NCBI GenBank assembly: GCA_937942105.1
Contig: CALDFS010000022.1
Coordinates: forward strand, 1-39,569
Direction of reading: 5' to 3'
From: an uncultured Ruminococcus sp.
GTDB taxonomy: Bacteria > Bacillota > Clostridia > Oscillospirales > Ruminococcaceae
Length of the DNA: 39,569 nucleotides
The notes under the pieces are model-generated. The model saw only the letters and a list, made by a program, of their open reading frames with translations, was not told where the DNA came from and searched no databases. The translations under genes and the position numbers were made by a program. Positions 1 to 11,153 of the stretch are shown one piece after another. Position 1 is the stretch's first letter; each line of letters opens with the position of its first letter.

Positions 1-258
1 CCTTCTATACGAGATGGTAGGGCCTGCCTGCTCAAAATGGGCGATCAGAATGTCCGGAAGTATTCCGATCTTGCCGCTTAGGTAGCTTGGTTTGGTGGAT
101 ATAAGCTCCCAAGATATGTTGGGCAGTCCCTTCGCCATAACGTAAACTATGAGGAATACAGCCAAAGCACAGGTAACAGCGGCTGAAGCAATCGTCAAGG
201 AGCGCATGATAACGTTGTATGCTTTTCTTTTCATTTGAAAGGCTCGTGATTTATCCAT
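1..258 (-). CDS. pstA: phosphate ABC transporter permease PstA, N-terminal part (gene runs off the window start)
   Basis: Minus-strand ATG at 258 overlaps the pstC stop (ATGA) and the frame stays open to position 1. The translation MDKSRAFQMKRKAYNVIMRSLTIASAAVTCALAVFLIVYVMAKGLPNISWELISTKP... has a PstA-like TM1 plus loop. It lies after pstS-pstC. The last ~12 codons at the window edge (AHFEQAGPTISYRR) are unexpectedly hydrophilic. Confidence 0.7.
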   Translation of the reverse strand, partial: MDKSRAFQMKRKAYNVIMRSLTIASAAVTCALAVFLIVYVMAKGLPNISWELISTKPSYLSGKIGILPDILIAHFEQAGPTISYRR

Positions 259-1142
259 CATTTTTTATCCCTCTTCAAGAAGAAATTCAGCGCCGCGTTT
301 ATAAGCATTATGAACAGGAACAGCACGAGTGCTATCGAGAACAGCGCCTGCCTTTGCAGGCTTCCCTCCGCCGAATATGACATTTCGCTTGCAACTGCCG
401 TTGTCAGAAATCTTACGCTTTCAAACAGCGATGGCATATTTGATGAAGCGTTTCCCGAAACCATAATTACTGCCATTGCTTCGCCTATGGCTCTTCCTAC
501 TCCTAAAACAACCGCCGCCGCTATGCCGCTTTTGGCTGCCGGAACAGAAACGCGGAAGTATGTTTCTATGTGCGTAGCGCCAAGAGCAAGCGAAGCGTCC
601 TCATATTCCTTGGGAACAGCCTCCAACGCCGTCAGCGACACTTTTATTATTGAAGGAAGAATCATAATGGCAAGCACTATTATCGCCGCAAGAAGTCCCG
701 AGCCATCGGGAATATTGAATAGCCTTCTTATACCCGGAACAAGCACCATCATTCCCACAAGACCGTAAACCACTGATGGGATTCCGGCAAGCAGACTGAC
801 GCTTACGGATATCACCGATTTAATTTTAGGACTTGCCAGCTTAGCAAGATAAACCGAGCTTAAAAACCCTATCGGCACGCCTATGACTATAGCTCCGGCT
901 GTTCCGTATACGCTTGTTAATATAAAGTGAAATATTCCGAACTGTTGGTTTTCACCGGTAGATACCCATTTTCTGCCCAGAATGAAGTTGGCAATGCCTA
1001 TTTCCCTGATAGCCGGTATTCCGGCGATAATCAGGTAAACTGTTATCACCAGAACACAGCCAACGGTTATCAGACCGAGCAGAAGGAATATCCCCTGAAT
1101 TATGTACTCCGCCCACCGCGCGGCTTTTTGCTTAGCGCTCAT
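258..1142 (-). CDS. pstC: phosphate ABC transporter permease PstC
   Basis: 294-aa polytopic membrane ORF with an ABC-permease EAA-type loop (LEAVPKEYEDASLALGATHIETYFRVSVPAAKSG). It sits between pstS and pstA. Confidence 0.9.
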   Translation of the reverse strand: MSAKQKAARWAEYIIQGIFLLLGLITVGCVLVITVYLIIAGIPAIREIGIANFILGRKWVSTGENQQFGIFHFILTSVYGTAGAIVIGVPIGFLSSVYLAKLASPKIKSVISVSVSLLAGIPSVVYGLVGMMVLVPGIRRLFNIPDGSGLLAAIIVLAIMILPSIIKVSLTALEAVPKEYEDASLALGATHIETYFRVSVPAAKSGIAAAVVLGVGRAIGEAMAVIMVSGNASSNMPSLFESVRFLTTAVASEMSYSAEGSLQRQALFSIALVLFLFIMLINAALNFFLKRDKK

Positions 1143-1167
1143 ATCGGCAGCATCCTTTCAGAACCGT

Positions 1168-1974
1168 TTATTCTGCTGCGGGTACGGCGCCCGCCTTTGA
1201 TATGATATCGTTTGCATCCGTTGAGGTTATGAAGTCGAAGAACTTTTGTGCGGTCTTAGAAAGCTCGACGTCCTTTTTGGTGACAAGAACAAAGGGTCTT
1301 TGAACCTTGTAGGTTCCGTCTTTTACGCTTGTCTCAGAAGGCATAACACCGTCTACCGAAATCGCCTTTACAGTGTCCTTGACAGAGGCAAGGGAGGCAT
1401 AACCTATAGCATCGGGGTTGGAAGCAACTGTTGCTATAACGTCTCCGGTGGAGGTAAGCTCCTGACGGTATTTGCATTCGCCGTCGGTGCCGGTTATCGA
1501 TTCAAAGCCGTCACGCGTGCCGCTTCCTGCTTCTCTGCCTATAAGAACGATTTGGGCATCCTTGCCGCCAACCTCTTTCCAGTTTGTTATTTCGCCCTTA
1601 TAGATTGCGGCGATTGTCTCTAATGACAAATCCGCAACCGCGTTTTCGGGATTTACGATTACTGCGATTCCGTCCAGGGCAAGGATTGTTTCCTCAAGAC
1701 CCTTTTCCTTTTCCTCTGCCTTAAGGCTTCGTGATGAAAGACCGATGTCGCATCTGCCCTCGGAAACCGCCGTTATACCCGAGCCGGAGCCGGTTGGGTT
1801 GTAGGTAAATGTAACGCCTGAGTTTTCACGCTCAAAGGCCTCGCCCAAAGCGCCTATTACCTTTTCCATCGAGGTTGAGCCGTCGGTTGAAACGCTCTTT
1901 GAGTCGCTTCCGCAGGCGGTAAGAAGTCCCATAATGAGTATTGCCGATAAAACAATAGATAAAAACTTTTTCAT
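1168..1974 (-). CDS. pstS: phosphate-binding lipoprotein PstS
   Basis: 268 aa with a lipoprotein signal (LLTAC/GS) and PstS-type motifs (TGSGSG, GREAGSGTRD). An AAGGAG RBS lies upstream of the ATG. Confidence 0.9.
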   Translation of the reverse strand: MKKFLSIVLSAILIMGLLTACGSDSKSVSTDGSTSMEKVIGALGEAFERENSGVTFTYNPTGSGSGITAVSEGRCDIGLSSRSLKAEEKEKGLEETILALDGIAVIVNPENAVADLSLETIAAIYKGEITNWKEVGGKDAQIVLIGREAGSGTRDGFESITGTDGECKYRQELTSTGDVIATVASNPDAIGYASLASVKDTVKAISVDGVMPSETSVKDGTYKVQRPFVLVTKKDVELSKTAQKFFDFITSTDANDIISKAGAVPAAE

Positions 1975-2042
1975 AAAAATATCTCCTTTTCAAGTTTACA
2001 TTCGGATTTATTTATCCTACGGCTTCAATGATAACCGTTCAA

Positions 2043-2082
2043 TGTAAAATGGAAAAGGATTGTTATGTAAAATCGATGTAAA
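2043..2082 (-). promoter_or_regulatory. candidate PhoP (Pho box) repeats upstream of pstS
   Basis: TGTAAA (TTTACA on the pstS strand) occurs at 2043-2048, 2066-2071 and 2077-2082, spaced 23 and 11 bp apart. A degenerate copy lies near 2055. The repeats are 70-110 bp upstream of the pstS start, with an A/T-rich -10-like GATAAAT downstream. Confidence 0.5.
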
Positions 2083-2383
2083 AAACTGCATACCCATGCC
2101 TCAAAAAGCAAGGGGAATGTGTATTATAAAGAAAATGAATCCGTCAATGTCAAATAAGTCAAATGGTCTATAGGCTTTTGCTTTCATGCTCCTTGACCTG
2201 AATGTTCAAAACTTCAAGAAATATGAGCGCAATAATTATTTAATGCGATATTTCACCATTTAAGGTTGCATATGATAACATTTTCTGCATTACGTGCAGA
2301 AAAATGTGAGCATATTTTAGGAAATACGCGCCTTTTGAATACAAACGTGCAGATTTTGTTATGCTAATGCGAAGAAAGTGTTA

Positions 2384-2412
2384 TTGCATACCTAACAAAC
2401 CGGTGTTATACT
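2384..2412 (+). promoter_or_regulatory. sigma-A type promoter candidate for the AraC-family gene
   Basis: TTGCAT (2384-2389), a 17-nt spacer, then TATACT (2407-2412), about 40 nt upstream of the start codon. Confidence 0.5.
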
Positions 2413-2449
2413 GTAGATAGAATTTGTTTATTGTATAGGAGATGATGAA

Positions 2450-3277
2450 TTGAAGATTGGTGCAATCGGTTATAATCATACACATGATGCGGATTATTAT
2501 CAGGATCGTCCGCAGGGAACAGGTTGTTGGCTTTTTCTGCACATTAGAACACCTTCCATATTCAGGCTCGGCGGCAAGGAATACCGTGTTAAAAAGGGAA
2601 GTGCGGTTTTGATTTCTCCGTATACTTCATGCTACTATCGGGGTACAGACGGCGGCTATGCTGATGACTGGATATTTATTAATATGACCGACGAAGAGCT
2701 TGATGGTCTTTTAGCTATGGGAATAGTTGCTGATAAGCCGGTGTATTTGGGCGTATCGCACGATATTTCTTCAATTGTACACAGAATAACCTTTGAACAT
2801 TTTTCCGCAGAACCATTCCATAGCGAAATAGAAAATAAGTATTTGGATGTTCTGTTTCTAAAGTTTGCACGTGTATTTTGCATTGATTATTCAGGAAATT
2901 TAGATATGGTCAATGAAAAAAATTCAGCAATGGTTGATTTAAGAGCTTCGATATACAGCGACCCCACTGCCTTTGACAGTGTGAAATCTATAGCCGAAAA
3001 TATGCATATGAGCTGTTCGGGTCTTCAGCACCTATATAAAAGGCTGTTTGGCGTAAACATATCGTCAGATATAATTAATTCAAGGCTTGCCCGTGCAAAG
3101 GATCTGCTGTCTTCAACCGGTCTGACTGTTGATAGGGTGGCAGAGCGCTGCGGATATTCCTGCACCTACAGCTTTCTGCGTCAGTTCAAGGAAAAATGCG
3201 GTTGCACGCCAACACAGTTCAGAAATAAGGCCTTGCCTGACTCGGAGCAGTGGAGCAGAATTAACAAGATTAAGTAG
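2450..3277 (+). CDS. AraC family transcriptional regulator
   Basis: TTG start 7 nt after AGGAGA. N-terminal cupin-like sensor domain and a C-terminal double HTH (SIAENMHMSCSGLQHLYKRLFG...VAERCGYSCTYSFLRQFKEKCGCTPTQFR). Confidence 0.85.
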   Translation: MKIGAIGYNHTHDADYYQDRPQGTGCWLFLHIRTPSIFRLGGKEYRVKKGSAVLISPYTSCYYRGTDGGYADDWIFINMTDEELDGLLAMGIVADKPVYLGVSHDISSIVHRITFEHFSAEPFHSEIENKYLDVLFLKFARVFCIDYSGNLDMVNEKNSAMVDLRASIYSDPTAFDSVKSIAENMHMSCSGLQHLYKRLFGVNISSDIINSRLARAKDLLSSTGLTVDRVAERCGYSCTYSFLRQFKEKCGCTPTQFRNKALPDSEQWSRINKIK

Positions 3278-3318
3278 TACCTTTCGTTTTGGAACATGAT
3301 TTTTTGAAGGAACAGATT

Positions 3319-4878
3319 ATGAATAAGCTGACAATTACTATTGCTGCCGTTATATGTGCAGCTGTGATGCTTGCATCATGCGCGGAAAAGATCGACTATA
3401 ACGCCGGTGAGCTTGTGCTGCCGAGCTTAAGTGAGGAAGAGATTATGAACAGTATTGACCTTGGCTTGGAAATAAGCAGAAAGAATATGGTTAAAAGCCT
3501 TAAACCGTCGGGGGATTCAAACCCGATATCACCTAACGTCTTCTGTGCCGACCCTACAGTTGTTGAATACAACGGCAGGCTGTATGTCTATGGCACAAAC
3601 GATCATCAGCAGTATGAGGAGGTCGGCAGCGACGGTAAAAACAGCTATGAAAAGATAAAATCGCTGGTAGTATTTTCAACCGACGATATGGTAAACTGGG
3701 TGTATCACGGAAGGATTGAGGTCGGCGAAATAGCTCCGTGGATATATACGTCGTGGGCACCGTCAATAACCGCCCGCGTGGAGGAAGACGGTTTAACCCA
3801 CTTCTACCTCTATTTCTCCAACAGCGGCTCAGGAGTTGGCGTGATAACCTCTACGGATCCTGTTTCCGGATGGACCGATCCGCTTGGCAAGCCGCTGATA
3901 TCAAGCGCAACCGAGGGTCTTGGCGACTGCCCGAATCCCTTTGACCCCGGAGTGTGCATTGACGACAACGGCATCGGCTGGCTTTCATTCGGCGCCGGAA
4001 TAGCTGCCGACGGAAGCGAGTATATGACCAAAGCCACAAGAATAGTAAGACTTGGCAGCGATATGATATCTTTGGACAGTGAAATAGCTCAGATCCCAAC
4101 ATACTATGCCTTTGAAGCAAGCGAGCTTAACTATATAAACGGCGAGTATGTTTATACATACAATACAAGCTGGGCGGAACGCACAGAATGGGAAGAAGAA
4201 ACCGATCCTCCCGCTGCCTGCTCGATGGCTTATATGACAACAACAACCCCGCTCGACCCGCAAAGCTGGGAGTATAGGGGACATTACTTTCTGAATCCGG
4301 GTGAAAGCGGAATGGATTATTCCAACAACCACACCCACATTCATAAGTATAAGGGTCAGTGGTATATTATTTATCACTCGCTTGTCTTGCAGGAAAGATC
4401 AGAAACGCGCGGCGGATTCAGAAGTATGCAGATAGATACTCTTGACGTGAACGAGAAAAAGACGAAGATAGCCCTTCGCGGAGGCACGCGGGAGGGCGTA
4501 GATGGTATTAAAAACCTGAATCCCTTTGTTGCTCACAGCGGAACCGAGATGTACAACGCTGCTGGAATATGGTATGAATATGCTGATAACGGCAGCCTTT
4601 GCTCTGCAGCCGTAAGTGAAAATGCTTGGATATGTCTTAAAAACGTTGATTTCAGCGATTCTGCAAAGCGGTTTCTTGCTAAAGTCAAGGGCAGGGGAAG
4701 GCTTCAGGTCTGCATCGACTCCAATAAAGCCGGTGAAATAATAGCAGCAGCTGAGTTTGACAGCTCTGAATTTGGTGTTATAGCAGCTGATATCTCGCGG
4801 GACGTATCAGGAATTCATGACGTTTATATTCAGTTTTCCGATACCGGCATGATATTGGAAAGCTGGCAGGTTGAATAA
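3319..4878 (+). CDS. glycoside hydrolase family 43 lipoprotein (arabinofuranosidase/xylosidase-like) with C-terminal CBM6-like module
   Basis: ATG at 3319 follows GAAGGA (the ORF track begins at an upstream TTG). Lipobox MLASC/AE. GH43-like N-terminal blade (FCADPTVVEYNGRLYVYGTND, WAPS). The C-terminal ~130 aa resemble a CBM6-type beta-sandwich (HDVYIQFSD...WQVE). Confidence 0.85.
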   Translation: MNKLTITIAAVICAAVMLASCAEKIDYNAGELVLPSLSEEEIMNSIDLGLEISRKNMVKSLKPSGDSNPISPNVFCADPTVVEYNGRLYVYGTNDHQQYEEVGSDGKNSYEKIKSLVVFSTDDMVNWVYHGRIEVGEIAPWIYTSWAPSITARVEEDGLTHFYLYFSNSGSGVGVITSTDPVSGWTDPLGKPLISSATEGLGDCPNPFDPGVCIDDNGIGWLSFGAGIAADGSEYMTKATRIVRLGSDMISLDSEIAQIPTYYAFEASELNYINGEYVYTYNTSWAERTEWEEETDPPAACSMAYMTTTTPLDPQSWEYRGHYFLNPGESGMDYSNNHTHIHKYKGQWYIIYHSLVLQERSETRGGFRSMQIDTLDVNEKKTKIALRGGTREGVDGIKNLNPFVAHSGTEMYNAAGIWYEYADNGSLCSAAVSENAWICLKNVDFSDSAKRFLAKVKGRGRLQVCIDSNKAGEIIAAAEFDSSEFGVIAADISRDVSGIHDVYIQFSDTGMILESWQVE

Positions 4879-4891
4879 AATAGCAATTTTA

Positions 4892-4930
4892 AAAGCGGAC
4901 AGCTTCACATAATAAAAAGCCGTCCGCTTT
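4892..4930. terminator. bidirectional hairpin terminator between the GH43 gene and atpC
   Basis: AAAGCGGAC (4892-4900) pairs with GTCCGCTTT (4922-4930). The minus-strand reading is followed by TTTTAAAATT. It lies between convergent genes. Confidence 0.6.
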
Positions 4931-4941
4931 GGTATATATAA

Positions 4942-5351
4942 TTATACTCCGCTTGTTCTTTTAACCTTAAGCCTGTTGAGCGCCCTCGAAAGATTACCCC
5001 TTGCGAGCCGCAATTCCAGAACGCTTCGCTTCTGCAAAAGCTCTTCCTTGGCTTCCTCTGCCTCGCGGAGCGCTCTGTTGGCATCAATCTCCTCCGGTCT
5101 TTCGGCGGAATCTACCAAGACAAGCACCTCGTTGTTTTCGACCTTTAAAAGTCCCTCGGAAACAGCGGCGTATTGGTTTTCTTCGCCGGGAATCCTGAAG
5201 CTAAGCTTTCCGGGTACTATCGCAGAAATGATATTAGAATGATTCGCCAGGATTCCGAAAAGCCCATTAGTAGTTGGAACGTTCAGCGATTCGCATGGTC
5301 CTTCATAAAAAACGTGATCCGCAGCAAGGATTCGTATATTGAATTGCTTCA

Positions 5352-5352
<1 letters not shown>
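4942..5352 (-). CDS. atpC: F1 ATP synthase subunit epsilon
   Basis: 136 aa, with an N-terminal beta-sandwich (ILAADHVFYEGPCESLNVPTTNGLFGILANH) and a C-terminal helical hairpin. It is the last gene of the atp operon and overlaps the atpD stop. Confidence 0.9.
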
Positions 5353-7665
<2,313 letters not shown>

Positions 7666-7693
7666 GCACCATCGCCTCCCGAAAAGAAAAGTG

Positions 7694-9388
7694 TCAGTTA
7701 TTCATAAAAATATCGAGATATTTTTTTGAGCAGTCAATTATCCTTGCTTTGTATTCATCTCCAAGCCTGCCGGTCTTCTCAATGTCCTCACAGATGTCAG
7801 AAATTTCATTCGAGCAGAAATCAAGAAGTCCAAGTGAAAACTCATGTATGCGCTTTGCAGGAACATCCTGCATGATATGCGCCATCGCGGTCACAAGCAG
7901 TATGACTTGCTCATATTGTTTATATGGATGATACTGATCCTGCTTCAAAAGAGCCATAAGCCCTTCGCCGTATGAAAGCTGGCGCTTTGTCGCGTCGTCA
8001 AGATCGCTCGAAAACTGGGTGAATACCTCCATTTCGCGGAACTGTGCAAGCTCAAGGCGAATAGCACCGGCAGCCGTTTTCATGGCTTTGGTCTGAGCGT
8101 CACCGCCCACGCGTGATACCGAAAGACCTATGTTCACCGCAGGTCGCTGACCTGCAAAGAACAGATCGCTTTCAAGGAATATCTGACCGTCGGTAATAGA
8201 AATTATATTTGTCGGGATATATGCCGAAACGTCGCCTGCCTGTGTTTCAACTATGGGCAGGGCGGTCATGCTTCCGCCGCCAAGCCGCTCGCACAGATGA
8301 GCGGAACGCTCCAAAAGCCTTGAATGAAGATAGAATACGTCGCCGGGATACGCTTCACGCCCCGGAGAGCGTTCCAAAAGCAGGCTTAACGCCCTGTATG
8401 CAACGGCGTGCTTTGACAGATCGTCATACACTATAAGCACGTCCGAACCGTTTTCCATAAAGTATTCGCCTATTGCACATCCTACATAGGGCGCAATGTA
8501 TTGCATAGGCGCAGGCTCACTTGCAGTTGCGCTGACAACCACGGAGTAGTCCATGGCACCGCTTTTCCTAAGCGTTTCAACAAGCTGAGCGACAGATGAA
8601 GCCTTTTGTCCTATTGCAACATATATGCAGATTACATTTTTGTTTTTCTGATTAAGAATAGCGTCAAGCGCGATTGCTGTTTTGCCGGTCTGCCTGTCGC
8701 CTATAATAAGCTCTCTCTGCCCTCTGCCTATCGGGAACATTGAATCTATAGTAAGAATACCTGTTTCAAGCGGCTTGTTTACCGGCTGACGGTCAATTAT
8801 GCCGGGGGCAGGGGATTCTATCTGACGGTATCCGCTTTCGGCAATTTTTCCTTTGCCGTCTATAGGATTTCCCAAAGCGTCAACAACCCTGCCTATAAAG
8901 CCATCGCCGACGGGAACGCCTGCGGTTTTTCCGGTGCACTTTACCGGGCTTCCTTCACATATCTCGGAATCGTCGCCAAATACAACGCATCCAACCTCGT
9001 TGCGTCTGAGCTCCTGAACCATTCCTCTGATTCCGCCGGAAAATATAACAATTTCACCGTATGCGGCTCCGTCAAGCCCGGAAACGTTCACAATACCGTC
9101 GCCGACTGAAAGAACCGTTCCGTCGCTGATTCCGCCATCATTCGGATTCCATTCATCGACCGCCTTTCGCATAAGCGGGATGATATCGCCCTCGGCAGCA
9201 GGGATATCTCTTAAAACATTTTTAAGCTCGTTCAAACGTTCATCAATAATATTATTGTCAGGCTTTTCGGGATTCCAATTATCCACAGTATACGACATCT
9301 GTGAAACAATATCTCCGTCTTTAACAGGCTGAGCCGACATATTTTCCTTAAGTCTGCGCAGCATTTCCTTCATATCAAGATTGTCCAT
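7694..9388 (-). CDS. atpA: F1 ATP synthase subunit alpha with ~70-aa N-terminal extension
   Basis: Walker A GDRQTGKT and full alpha similarity from [17 protein letters not shown] onward. The ORF is open upstream to a TTG at 9409. I prefer the ATG at 9388, which lies 8 nt after AAAGGATGG. The canonical core begins about 68 residues later than in textbook alpha subunits. Confidence 0.93.
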   Translation of the reverse strand: MDNLDMKEMLRRLKENMSAQPVKDGDIVSQMSYTVDNWNPEKPDNNIIDERLNELKNVLRDIPAAEGDIIPLMRKAVDEWNPNDGGISDGTVLSVGDGIVNVSGLDGAAYGEIVIFSGGIRGMVQELRRNEVGCVVFGDDSEICEGSPVKCTGKTAGVPVGDGFIGRVVDALGNPIDGKGKIAESGYRQIESPAPGIIDRQPVNKPLETGILTIDSMFPIGRGQRELIIGDRQTGKTAIALDAILNQKNKNVICIYVAIGQKASSVAQLVETLRKSGAMDYSVVVSATASEPAPMQYIAPYVGCAIGEYFMENGSDVLIVYDDLSKHAVAYRALSLLLERSPGREAYPGDVFYLHSRLLERSAHLCERLGGGSMTALPIVETQAGDVSAYIPTNIISITDGQIFLESDLFFAGQRPAVNIGLSVSRVGGDAQTKAMKTAAGAIRLELAQFREMEVFTQFSSDLDDATKRQLSYGEGLMALLKQDQYHPYKQYEQVILLVTAMAHIMQDVPAKRIHEFSLGLLDFCSNEISDICEDIEKTGRLGDEYKARIIDCSKKYLDIFMNN

Positions 9389-9420
9389 ACAAATCGCCAT
9401 CCTTTTCAAAAAGCCAGCGG

Positions 9421-9858
9421 TCAGCTCTTTGTCTGCAAAACCTTTTCAGCCATCTGCGCCGCAAGCTCAATGATTTCCTGCTTGGATTCCTCCAAGACCT
9501 TTTCTTTCTGACGCTGTGCAGCGGCTTTAGCGTCGGAAATGATTTTTTCCTTCTGCTTTTCGGCGTCTTTTAGCCTTGCTTCAGCTGTCAACTGTGCCTG
9601 CTCAAAAGCTTTAGCCTTGATGTCAGCGGCTTCCTTTTCTGCGTCTTCAAGACGCTTTTCGTATTCAAGTTTTAATGCTTCGGCCTCGTTAAGCTTTGAT
9701 TTAGCGTCCTCAGCCTGCTTGGCAATGTCCTCAGCCCGCTTATCCATAAAGCTTTTAACAGGCTTGTAGAGCAGAAGATATAATCCCAAAGAAAGAACAG
9801 CGAAGTTAAACAGATGCAAAAGTATCTGCTGCCAGTCTATATTCAATGGTAGATTCAT
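9421..9858 (-). CDS. atpF: Fo ATP synthase subunit b
   Basis: 145 aa with one N-terminal TM helix ([20 protein letters not shown]) followed by a long charged coiled coil rich in A/E/K. It lies between atpE and atpA. Confidence 0.85.
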   Translation of the reverse strand: MNLPLNIDWQQILLHLFNFAVLSLGLYLLLYKPVKSFMDKRAEDIAKQAEDAKSKLNEAEALKLEYEKRLEDAEKEAADIKAKAFEQAQLTAEARLKDAEKQKEKIISDAKAAAQRQKEKVLEESKQEIIELAAQMAEKVLQTKS

Positions 9859-9921
9859 GCTAAGTGTCCATTCCTTTCATACAATCTTATTATTTGTGAT
9901 GTTATTAAGCCGAAAGCCTTG

Positions 9922-10287
9922 TTACAGCACAAAGATAATAAGAATTGCAACGATAAGGGCGTAGATAATAGCTGTTTCAATGAATACAAGTCCAAGCATA
10001 AGGCTTGTCCTCAATGCACCCTGAGCTTCCGGCTGTCTTGATATACCGTCATTTGTTTTGGAGATTGTTATTCCCATGCTTATTGCGCCAGCTGCTGCGG
10101 CAAGGCCTACGCACATAGCGGCGGCAATGGCCTTGGACGAAGTTGAACCGTCATTTTTCTGCTCCTCGGCTGCGGCTGATACATTGGCATCATCAGAGCT
10201 GTTTGCGGCGAATATTGGCACCGATATGGCAATAACCAGGACAATAGCGAACAATATCGCAAAAATTCTTTTAGTGAGTGTTTTCAT
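9922..10287 (-). CDS. atpE: Fo ATP synthase subunit c with N-terminal signal-like extension
   Basis: The C-terminal 65 aa form a c-subunit hairpin (loop GISRQPE; carboxylate in LVFIETAIIYALIV). The N-terminal ~57 aa are an extra hydrophobic segment plus a hydrophilic linker. An AGGAA RBS precedes the ATG at 10287. Confidence 0.85.
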   Translation of the reverse strand: MKTLTKRIFAILFAIVLVIAISVPIFAANSSDDANVSAAAEEQKNDGSTSSKAIAAAMCVGLAAAAGAISMGITISKTNDGISRQPEAQGALRTSLMLGLVFIETAIIYALIVAILIIFVL

Positions 10288-10310
10288 AATTGACCATTCC
10301 TTTCTTTTTG

Positions 10311-11153
10311 TCAGGCAGAAGCTGATTCGGATATTTTGTTTTTTATCTTTTTCGGATGAGGCTCGCTGACCTCTCCGTAAAACAGTGCGGTAAGCATTAT
10401 CAGAACATATGTCTGAATAAGCGCGTGAAGCAGGGTGAACAGAACTCCCACCGCTATCGGAAGTACAAAGCTCAGCCCAAGGTAGTAATATACTAGTTCT
10501 GTTACCAGCAGCCCCGAAAGCAGAGCGCCGAAAAGTCTGAAGCTCATGGATATCGGAAGCGAAAAGTCTTTAAGGGTATTTCCTGCGCCGCGCAGACCGT
10601 TTGAAGCTATTCCGCCCGAAAGTATAATCAGGTAGGAAAGAGCGCCCATTGCAATGGCGCCGTTTATATCGGAAAGGGGAGCAGGCATTGCAATTGAACG
10701 CCCTTCGGTTGTGACTGCCTGAATGCCGATAAGCTCAAACACCGTTCCGACAAAGATATATGTTCCCGCGCTGAATATATATGCACTCAGAAATTTGTTT
10801 CTGTGAGGGCTGTTTGACTTTGCAATGCCATCAAATAGCCCCACCAATGATTCAAGCGCAAGCTGAAATTTTCCGGGAACCGTCTTAAATCTTGGTATTG
10901 CAAAAATCCTTATAGCTGCCGCTGATATAAGAAGTATCGCCGTAACCGTGAAGGCTGATACCACTGCCGGGTTAACGTTCATGATTCCGAAAAGGCTTAC
11001 TTTGTTGGATTCATGCAAAACCGCGTCCTTCATGACCTCCTTGATGGACTCCTTCTCGCCGGAACCCGGACCTATCAGAATCGCCGAGACCAGCAGAGCA
11101 ATAATAACTGCTGCCCATATTATGATTACGACTGTGCGTTTTTTGCTTTTCAT
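10311..11153 (-). CDS. atpB: Fo ATP synthase subunit a
   Basis: 280-aa polytopic protein with the essential Arg motif SFRLFGALLSG. GGAAAGGAG RBS. First gene of the operon. Confidence 0.85.
   Translation of the reverse strand: MKSKKRTVVIIIWAAVIIALLVSAILIGPGSGEKESIKEVMKDAVLHESNKVSLFGIMNVNPAVVSAFTVTAILLISAAAIRIFAIPRFKTVPGKFQLALESLVGLFDGIAKSNSPHRNKFLSAYIFSAGTYIFVGTVFELIGIQAVTTEGRSIAMPAPLSDINGAIAMGALSYLIILSGGIASNGLRGAGNTLKDFSLPISMSFRLFGALLSGLLVTELVYYYLGLSFVLPIAVGVLFTLLHALIQTYVLIMLTALFYGEVSEPHPKKIKNKISESASA

Noticed and set aside
7-15. ATACGAGAT, identical to part of the Illumina P7 adapter, near the window start, where the pstA translation turns hydrophilic.
   Set aside because: Only 9 nt match and the flanking bases do not match the adapter. 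A chance match is plausible in about 40 kb, so this is not enough to call adapter contamination.
2101-2187. 28-codon minus-strand ORF (MKAKAYRPFDLFDIDGFIFFIIHIPLAF) in the pstS/araC spacer with AAGGAG nearby.
   Set aside because: The SD-like sequence is only 1 nt from the ATG, and there is no supporting similarity or conservation information. It remains possible but unsupported.
3554-4377. Cluster of 68-130-aa ORFs antisense to or out of frame within the GH43 gene.
   Set aside because: They lie entirely inside a long ORF with strong GH43 similarity. Their products are Arg/Cys/Pro-rich low-complexity sequences, they lack an RBS, and they look like typical shadow ORFs.
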